Shown: positions 37,648 through 44,130 of the stretch, in pieces | Layout: every line of letters starts with the position of its first letter | Position numbering within the stretch: the stretch's first letter is position 1 | DNA from: an uncultured Clostridia bacterium | GTDB taxonomy: Bacteria > Bacillota > Clostridia > TANB77 > CAG-508 | Assembly: GCA_944386675.1 (NCBI GenBank) | Contig: CALXBY010000001.1 | Coordinates: 72,486-136,485 of the forward strand | Length of the DNA stretch: 64,000 nt | Direction: 5' to 3' | The notes under the pieces: model-generated | Databases searched by the model: none | Told to the model about the DNA's origin: nothing | The model's input: the letters and a program-made list of their open reading frames with translations, nothing else | Made by a program: the position numbers and the translations under genes

Positions 37648-38838
37648 CTATTTTTTTATTAACCATCTTGCAATATCATATATTTGAATACCTTCATATT
37701 GATAATCTTCGTGTTTTGTTCTTGCTATTATTATCTTTGGATATGCATCTTTTATTTGTAATAATGGCTCTGCTTCTCTTTTCAAAGTCTTTTCATACTC
37801 TATATTATCTGAAACTTGAATATAAATTTTTTCGTTTCTTTTTAGTGCTATAAAATCCACTTCTTTATTATATAACATTCCTGTATATACTTCATAACCC
37901 CTTCTTAGTAATTCAATCGCGACAATATTTTCATATACTCTACCATAATCTAAAGATTTTGTGCCTAAGCGAGCATATCTAAATGCATGATCACATAAAT
38001 AATATTTTTCATCACTATTTAAATATTTTTTGCCTTTTATGTCATATCTACTCATTTTATAAAAGGCAAACGCCTCACATAAATATTCAATATAATTGCC
38101 AACTGTTTTATGGTTTGTTTCCAAATTAATATTATTTAATGAATTTGCAACATTTCTTAAAGATGTTCTATTAGATATATTATCCATTAGAAAATCATTT
38201 AATGAACTCATTAGCTTCTCATCTTTTATCCTATTTCTTTCAAAAATATCTCTAACTATTAGAGTATTATATATATCATTTAAGTAATCATATTTTTTAT
38301 CTATTGAATTATATAGATATGAACCTGACATTCCGCCTTCCATTACATACTTATCGAATGCTTTATCGATATCCTCATATTGAAAATATTCAAGATATTC
38401 TTTAAACGAAAATGGATAAACTTCAATTTCAAATGTTCTTCCAGTAAATAATGTAGCTAAATCACTACTTAATAAAAAAGCATTAGAGCCAGTTATATAT
38501 ATGTCATATTTTTCTTCTGCATGTAGACTATTTATAGTCTTTTCAAAACCTTCACACATTTGCACTTCATCAATTAATACAAAATTATTCATTTCTTTTT
38601 TATATCTATGTGCTATATAATCATTCAATTTATGATATTCTTTTAAGTTTTCAAAATCTAGTGAGTTATAATTTATATCTATTATATTGTAATTTTTTAC
38701 ATTATTTTTTATATATTCTTTAAAAAGTTCTAATAATTTAGATTTTCCACTTCTTCTAACTCCTGTAATAACTTTTATATCAGGAGTTCCCATTACTTCT
38801 ATTAAAGTATCAAGATAATTTCTTTTTATTAATTTCAT
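37648..38838 (-). CDS. AAA+ ATPase with AAA_14 + DUF4143-type architecture
   Basis: Walker A GVRRSGKS and Walker B VLIDEVQ are present. The length (396 aa) and C-terminal region (VDFIA ... IQVS) are typical of this widespread ATPase family. Confidence 0.78.
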   Translation of the reverse strand: MKLIKRNYLDTLIEVMGTPDIKVITGVRRSGKSKLLELFKEYIKNNVKNYNIIDINYNSLDFENLKEYHKLNDYIAHRYKKEMNNFVLIDEVQMCEGFEKTINSLHAEEKYDIYITGSNAFLLSSDLATLFTGRTFEIEVYPFSFKEYLEYFQYEDIDKAFDKYVMEGGMSGSYLYNSIDKKYDYLNDIYNTLIVRDIFERNRIKDEKLMSSLNDFLMDNISNRTSLRNVANSLNNINLETNHKTVGNYIEYLCEAFAFYKMSRYDIKGKKYLNSDEKYYLCDHAFRYARLGTKSLDYGRVYENIVAIELLRRGYEVYTGMLYNKEVDFIALKRNEKIYIQVSDNIEYEKTLKREAEPLLQIKDAYPKIIIARTKHEDYQYEGIQIYDIARWLIKK

Positions 38839-38855
38839 ATTTTCACCTCAAAAAG

Positions 38856-38908
38856 ATTATATCATATCACTTCCCAAAAATCAAATATTTTTAAAAATGG
38901 GAAGTGAT
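38856..38908 (-). promoter_or_regulatory. Promoter of the AAA ATPase gene, overlapped by an 11-bp perfect inverted repeat
   Basis: The minus strand reads TTGATT (38884..38879), a 17-nt spacer, then TATAAT (38861..38856). The inverted repeat is ATCACTTCCCA (38866..38876) and TGGGAAGTGAT (38898..38908), and it spans the -35 and the spacer. Confidence 0.5.
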
Positions 38909-38977
38909 CATTTTTATTATGTGACATTTCTAAATTAGTATACATTTTTAATAAATATGTATAAAAAAGTTCCGATT

Positions 38978-40033
38978 CTAAACATTTTCAAATTCTTGGA
39001 ACTCTTTTATATTTTTATAAATGTCTGCTGATTTAGCTACTATTTCTTCAACTGGAGTATAATAATCTAAACTATATATCCATAGATGATCTTCTTCAAC
39101 AAAGTATTTAATATTTTTATTATCTAAATATTTTTTAATATTATTTTGTATCTCTTTTTTCCATGTATATATACCAATTCTCCATTTTTCTGTGTTTAAT
39201 TTGACATCTAAGTTACATCCAAAATCAAAAACGATATAAGCAGTATTTGCAACTTCAGTTCCGCATAAATAGTGTTTGATTTTTTCTTTGTTTTTTGTCT
39301 TTTCATTAAATTTTATTTCGTAATTTTGTATTTGCTTATTGATATTATTCTGTGCTGTGTTAAGCAATTTATAAAAATCCTTAATTTCTCTTTTATGCTT
39401 ATTTATCCAATCATTTATTTCATTTTCCATTTTATTATTTACCTCAATTCGTTCCATGTTATTTATAAAATCATTTAAGTATATGTACCATTTGTTATTT
39501 ATATCTTTGTATTTTTTTAAGTCATTACTTAATTCGAAAAGAAATTCATGATAAGTTATATTTATAAAATCAGATTTAATAAACTTTTCATCGATTTTAT
39601 TTAATGTCAATAAAATTTTAATAGATCTTTTATTTATCTCATCTAATGTTTTTGAATAATCATCTAAATCATTGTATAGTGATGCATAAATCTTATTTTC
39701 AATCCCCATTACAATTTCATCATTTTCTAATAAAATATCAATTCTATTTCCTTTTAATGTTTTATATTCTCTATAAACATTGAAATGTAAAGTATCAATA
39801 TTCGTTGATATTTTTTTATTTTTTCTTTTAGCAACTTTTAACAATGAACATATAAGTAGATCATTTAATTTATGTTCTTCTTTTGGATTAAAATAAAATG
39901 CTAAAATATTACTTATCACATTCTCATGATGCGAAATCCCAGATACTTCAAACAATGTTTTTTCTTCTGGTTTGATTTTTTCGCTAATTTTTTTAAACTC
40001 TATTATAAATTTTTCTATCTCTTCAAAATTCAT
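38978..40033 (-). CDS. PD-(D/E)XK nuclease family protein (PDDEXK_4-like)
   Basis: TLFEVSGISHHENVISNILAFYFNP and NRIDILLENDEIVMGIENKIYA give the D...E.K core in the order I remember for PF14281. I prefer the ATG at 40033 (SD AAAGGA 8 nt upstream) over the 40195 start in the ORF track. Confidence 0.7.
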   Translation of the reverse strand: MNFEEIEKFIIEFKKISEKIKPEEKTLFEVSGISHHENVISNILAFYFNPKEEHKLNDLLICSLLKVAKRKNKKISTNIDTLHFNVYREYKTLKGNRIDILLENDEIVMGIENKIYASLYNDLDDYSKTLDEINKRSIKILLTLNKIDEKFIKSDFINITYHEFLFELSNDLKKYKDINNKWYIYLNDFINNMERIEVNNKMENEINDWINKHKREIKDFYKLLNTAQNNINKQIQNYEIKFNEKTKNKEKIKHYLCGTEVANTAYIVFDFGCNLDVKLNTEKWRIGIYTWKKEIQNNIKKYLDNKNIKYFVEEDHLWIYSLDYYTPVEEIVAKSADIYKNIKEFQEFENV

Positions 40034-40046
40034 CTTCTTCATCCTT

Positions 40047-40712
40047 TTAATATTTATAATAATCTTCTCTAAAATTTCCTTCTTCGTCAGTATGAATATC
40101 CATATAACATTCTTCACATAAACATTCACATGTTTCATATTCTTCTCTTGTAATTTCCTTAAAGCACATTTCACAATAGTATTTTTCATCTTCATATTTT
40201 GGAATAAATAAGCTATTATCTACTTTAGATGTGTTCGAATTATTTTTTATAGAATAATTTGTTTTTTCATCTGGGTATTCAATATAATATCTTGTCTTTG
40301 CAAATTCACTATAGTCATCTTTCCATGTTCTTCTTATTTTTACAACATAATAAATAGCAATTATTGGTCCTACAATCATTCCAGCATAGGCGGATAAAAC
40401 TAATTTAATAATAAACCATAATATTGCATATATGCCAAATGTAATAAGGCATACTAATCTATATAAATCATTTATAGCTGGAAGCGAATTTAAAGTTTTA
40501 CTGAGTTTATCTACAAATATATACCCCCATGGGCAAGCAATTCCTAAGATAATACCATTAATTATAGGATATTGATTATCTTTACAAAATAAATATCCTA
40601 TAATCCCTCCAATTATACTTAAACCGAAAAGTATGATTACTTGTTCATATATTTTTGCCAGATGTTCATCTCTAATTTTTTTTTCTAACTTTTTCAACTT
40701 TTCCTCATTCAT
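40047..40712 (-). CDS. 4-TM membrane protein with a C-terminal Cys-rich zinc-ribbon-like tail
   Basis: There are four hydrophobic helices between residues ~25 and 125. The C-terminus is CEMCFKEITREEYETCECLCEECY. Its stop is 13 nt upstream of the nuclease start. Confidence 0.6.
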   Translation of the reverse strand: MNEEKLKKLEKKIRDEHLAKIYEQVIILFGLSIIGGIIGYLFCKDNQYPIINGIILGIACPWGYIFVDKLSKTLNSLPAINDLYRLVCLITFGIYAILWFIIKLVLSAYAGMIVGPIIAIYYVVKIRRTWKDDYSEFAKTRYYIEYPDEKTNYSIKNNSNTSKVDNSLFIPKYEDEKYYCEMCFKEITREEYETCECLCEECYMDIHTDEEGNFREDYYKY

Positions 40713-40793
40713 TTATATATACACTCCATAATTTACTTTAGTATATTTTTTTGCAAACATTTTTTATTATTATATTTATTTTGTTTTGATACT

Positions 40794-43331
40794 TTATTCG
40801 TCCAAAATATATAATTCATTTAAAGCTCTTGTATAAGAAACATATTTTTCATTTTGATTCATATTAGTATCTTTAACTATAACTGTATCATATTCAATTC
40901 CCTTAGCCATACTAACCGTACTGCATGTTATGTATGGATCTTTTTTAATATTATTTAACTCGTTCTTATCTGCATATATAATTGCTACTTTTCTTCCTTC
41001 TTTTATTTTTCTGGCAATTATATCATTTATTTGGTTTGGCTTTATATGTTCAACATTTATGCCATCAAGTCCCATCGGTACAATATCAAAATTAAATTGT
41101 TTGTTGCAAAACTCAGTTATTTGGGTTGTATTTCTATAATTTTCATTTAAGCAGTATTTTTTTAGATTTAATTCAGATATAAGTTCTCGCCAATCAACTA
41201 TACCTTTTTCATAAAATGATTGATTTACATCCCCATATAAATTAAAAATCACATTCTTGTTAACATCTTTTAATATCTTATATTCTAATAAATTATAATC
41301 TTGAGCTTCATCAAAGCATAATAATTTATCACAATTAATTAGTTCACCAAAATGTAGATAGTTTATGTAAAGATACATCAACAGTTGGCATCTTCCGAAT
41401 TCACCTTTTTCAATTGGCAATATATTTTTTGCTTTTAGCTTTTCTATAATATCTTCATAAAAATCAATCGTAAAATATATAGTATTTAATGTATCCATTA
41501 TGTTATTTTCTATTGTATTTTTTTCTTCTTCTTTTTCTTTTATTCTATCTAATATTTTATTATTTTCTGTTTCTATGTTTGATATTTCATCTTTTAATTT
41601 TTTAAATGGTACTTGTTCTATTTCTAACTCTTTTTCTATTTTTTCAATTTTTCCTTCTAAAATAATAATTTCATTTTTCAATAAGTTTTTAGCTCTATTT
41701 GATGTTACCATTTTCTTTATTTTGTTGAATATCGTTTTGTCCTTCTCTATTAAATTTTCATATTTCTTTTCCTTATTTTTTAATTCTTCTTTCAACTTAT
41801 TGTATGTTTTTTCATTGTTCTTATAGTCATTTCCTTGATTTTTTAACTTTATCTGTAAATTTTTAAGCATATCTTTCTTATATCTTAAATTATCTTTTAA
41901 TTTATCGTTATATTTTACTATATCTTCTACCTTTTTTATTAGTTTATAAATAGTTCCTTCTAAATAATGATAAATATTTAATGAATTAATTTTATCCGAT
42001 ATTTGTAGTTGTTCTATTAGCTGTTTAATATCATCAATTTTTCTATTATATTCATTTTGTATAAACTGATATACTTCTTCAGAATATAATTGTTTAACTG
42101 TTTTTCCTCTCATTTCATTCTCATCAATCATCTTTTCTTTTTCGAATAATCTTTTATATTTACTTTTTTTATCATCAATTAGTTTATTTATTTTTTCTTT
42201 TAATTCTTTTACTTCTTTCAATTCGGCTTTATTGTATATTATTTTATTATAGCTTTTCATATAAAGATCATTTAATATATTATAATAATTTGAGATTGTT
42301 ATTTGCTCAATTTCATTAATATCTAAATCGTGAGATAAATCGTTTATGAAATTATTGAATATTTTGTTCGGTGTAATAATTTTTATTCTATCATATTCCG
42401 GTAACATATTATTAAATTTCAAATATGATAATCTGTGTAACAGAATCATTGTTTTTCCCGATCCAGCACACCCTTGTACTACAAAATTCTCATTCTTGTC
42501 TGCTCTTATTATTTTATTTTGATTAGATTGAATGCTATAAATAATATCTGTCAAATTATCTGAATTTCTTTTTTCCATTAAGATGTTTAATAAAAATTCA
42601 TCTACTGTACCTTCTTGGTAAAAACTATTGTTTTCAATATATTTGTTAACATACCTAAGCGGAAAAAAGGTAAAACCTCTCTTTAACATAGTTTCGTATT
42701 TATAATTATTAATTTCTAATATATTTTCCTCTTTATCAAAATATAAATTTGCTAATGGAGCTCTCCAATTAATTATTTTTACATTATCTATATATTTAAG
42801 TTTTATTTTTTCTTTTGTAAGATAAATTCTCTCATAATAATGTTCTGTATAATATTCTGTATCTGTATCAATTCTAGCAAAATATGGTATATTGGCTTTT
42901 TCATAAAATTCTATTTCTTCTTTCATAGACAAGTCTTTATTTTCATATTCTAATAATTTTAAATCTTTTTCTTTTGGAGTCATTTTTTCTTCTGGTGCAT
43001 TTTTTCTTATTCTTTCTAATTCTTCTTTTCTCTTCTTTTCTTCTTTTTCTAATCTTTCATATAAATTATTTTTATATTCTCTGTAATCATCATCTTGTAA
43101 TAAATCATATACAGTCATATTACAATCATTCTTCTTAAAAAATATATTAATTCCAATTTCACTAAAGTTGAATGTTAATGTTTCTGTTTTGGTTTCTACC
43201 CTTTTATCTATATCAGCATTATATGTAATTATAACCTCTCTTCTATATTTAACTGTAATATTGGGTTCATCTATAGATTCAATTATATAATTTTCATTAT
43301 TAATACCATACATCGCTTCATTTACATTCAT
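40794..43331 (-). CDS. HelD/UvrD-like SF1 ATPase with a long coiled-coil insertion
   Basis: The motif order matches B. subtilis HelD from memory: PYFARID...INWRAPLANLYF; IQSNQNKIIR...VVQGCAGSGKT (residue ~287); FDEAQDY (~673); YGDVNQS; NYRNTTQITEF; AKGIEYDTVIV; YVSYTRALNELYIL. Roughly residues 365-615 are K/E/N-rich and heptad-like. Confidence 0.8.
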   Translation of the reverse strand: MNVNEAMYGINNENYIIESIDEPNITVKYRREVIITYNADIDKRVETKTETLTFNFSEIGINIFFKKNDCNMTVYDLLQDDDYREYKNNLYERLEKEEKKRKEELERIRKNAPEEKMTPKEKDLKLLEYENKDLSMKEEIEFYEKANIPYFARIDTDTEYYTEHYYERIYLTKEKIKLKYIDNVKIINWRAPLANLYFDKEENILEINNYKYETMLKRGFTFFPLRYVNKYIENNSFYQEGTVDEFLLNILMEKRNSDNLTDIIYSIQSNQNKIIRADKNENFVVQGCAGSGKTMILLHRLSYLKFNNMLPEYDRIKIITPNKIFNNFINDLSHDLDINEIEQITISNYYNILNDLYMKSYNKIIYNKAELKEVKELKEKINKLIDDKKSKYKRLFEKEKMIDENEMRGKTVKQLYSEEVYQFIQNEYNRKIDDIKQLIEQLQISDKINSLNIYHYLEGTIYKLIKKVEDIVKYNDKLKDNLRYKKDMLKNLQIKLKNQGNDYKNNEKTYNKLKEELKNKEKKYENLIEKDKTIFNKIKKMVTSNRAKNLLKNEIIILEGKIEKIEKELEIEQVPFKKLKDEISNIETENNKILDRIKEKEEEKNTIENNIMDTLNTIYFTIDFYEDIIEKLKAKNILPIEKGEFGRCQLLMYLYINYLHFGELINCDKLLCFDEAQDYNLLEYKILKDVNKNVIFNLYGDVNQSFYEKGIVDWRELISELNLKKYCLNENYRNTTQITEFCNKQFNFDIVPMGLDGINVEHIKPNQINDIIARKIKEGRKVAIIYADKNELNNIKKDPYITCSTVSMAKGIEYDTVIVKDTNMNQNEKYVSYTRALNELYILDE

Positions 43332-43504
43332 TACTTTTCCCCCTTTTTATTTATTATATCATAACCAAAAAAATAAAAACACGAAAAAACTCAAATTTTA
43401 TTGAACTTAATCGTGCTATTTTTAATATTTAGGTTTAGCGTATAACAATTCCTACATGGGCACAAACTCTAACTTCCTTGTTTCATTTAATTACACGAGA
43501 AAGG

Positions 43505-43537
43505 AAGGCTTTTACACCTTCCTTCCCCGTACTTAAA
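43505..43537. repeat. AAGGCTTTTAC hairpin plus CCGTACTTAAA, sharing motifs with 37271..37294 in permuted order
   Basis: AAGGCTTTTAC lies at 43505..43515, inside the hairpin GGAAGG/CCTTCC. CCGTACTTAAA lies at 43527..43537 and is identical to 37271..37281. Confidence 0.6.
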
Positions 43538-43555
43538 TTTTTAATTTTCGAAGTT

Positions 43556-44008
43556 TTAAAGAGATTTATAAATTTCGTCTACAGCTTTTGCTACCTGCTG
43601 GTCTTCATCTTTCGTCTGTACTGTATTCTCTAGCAATTTTTCTATTTCATTAATGATAATGAGCCTCTTTAAATTGCAAGAAACTATTTTAGCTTTGGAA
43701 AACAAAGACTTCAGCTCCGCCTGGGTAAAGATGCAGTAATACTTTACTAACTTTATTGTACTTACTTTTTTAGCAGAAAGCATAGTTATCACTTCATCTC
43801 TCACCATCCTTCTAAGCTGTTCGAGAAATTCCTCCTGTTCTGGAGCTTTCTCATAAAACTCCTGGATTTTTTCTGGGAATTCGTAAAGGAATGACGGTGG
43901 TACTGATTTAAAAGTAATTCCTAGCCCAAGGCTCTGAATTAATTCAGCATCCCGAGATATTTCCTTTGCAAATTTCTTCATTTTTTCTTTTGTTTTGGCT
44001 TTTTTCAT
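43556..44008 (-). CDS. Hypothetical 150-aa protein with atypical codon usage
   Basis: SD AGAGGAGGG lies upstream. Codons such as CTG, GCC, CCG, GAG and AAG are common and there is one in-frame CGG (ISRDA). I recognise no family. Confidence 0.55.
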   Translation of the reverse strand: MKKAKTKEKMKKFAKEISRDAELIQSLGLGITFKSVPPSFLYEFPEKIQEFYEKAPEQEEFLEQLRRMVRDEVITMLSAKKVSTIKLVKYYCIFTQAELKSLFSKAKIVSCNLKRLIIINEIEKLLENTVQTKDEDQQVAKAVDEIYKSL

Positions 44009-44058
44009 AATAAAGCCCTCCTCTTTGCTTATTAATACTGTATCTACAGTTCATATAT

Positions 44059-44087
44059 ATTATATCATAAATTAACATAAATTTCAA
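44059..44087 (-). promoter_or_regulatory. Sigma-A-type promoter for the 150-aa ORF
   Basis: The minus strand reads TTGAAA, a 17-nt spacer, then TATAAT (tgaTATAAT). Confidence 0.55.
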
Positions 44088-44126
44088 AAGACAAGAAAAA
44101 CACATGAATATGTTCTCTTGTCTTTT
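44088..44126 (-). terminator. Rho-independent terminator of the PBP gene
   Basis: The minus strand reads AAAAGACAAGAGAACA ... TGTTTTTCTTGTCTTTT. Confidence 0.7.
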
Positions 44127-44130
44127 ATTA

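Noticed and set aside
38978-40195. The 405-aa version of the nuclease ORF given in the track.
   Set aside because: It would overlap the upstream membrane-protein gene by 149 nt in another frame. The internal ATG at 40033 has a properly spaced SD and begins where the family homology begins.
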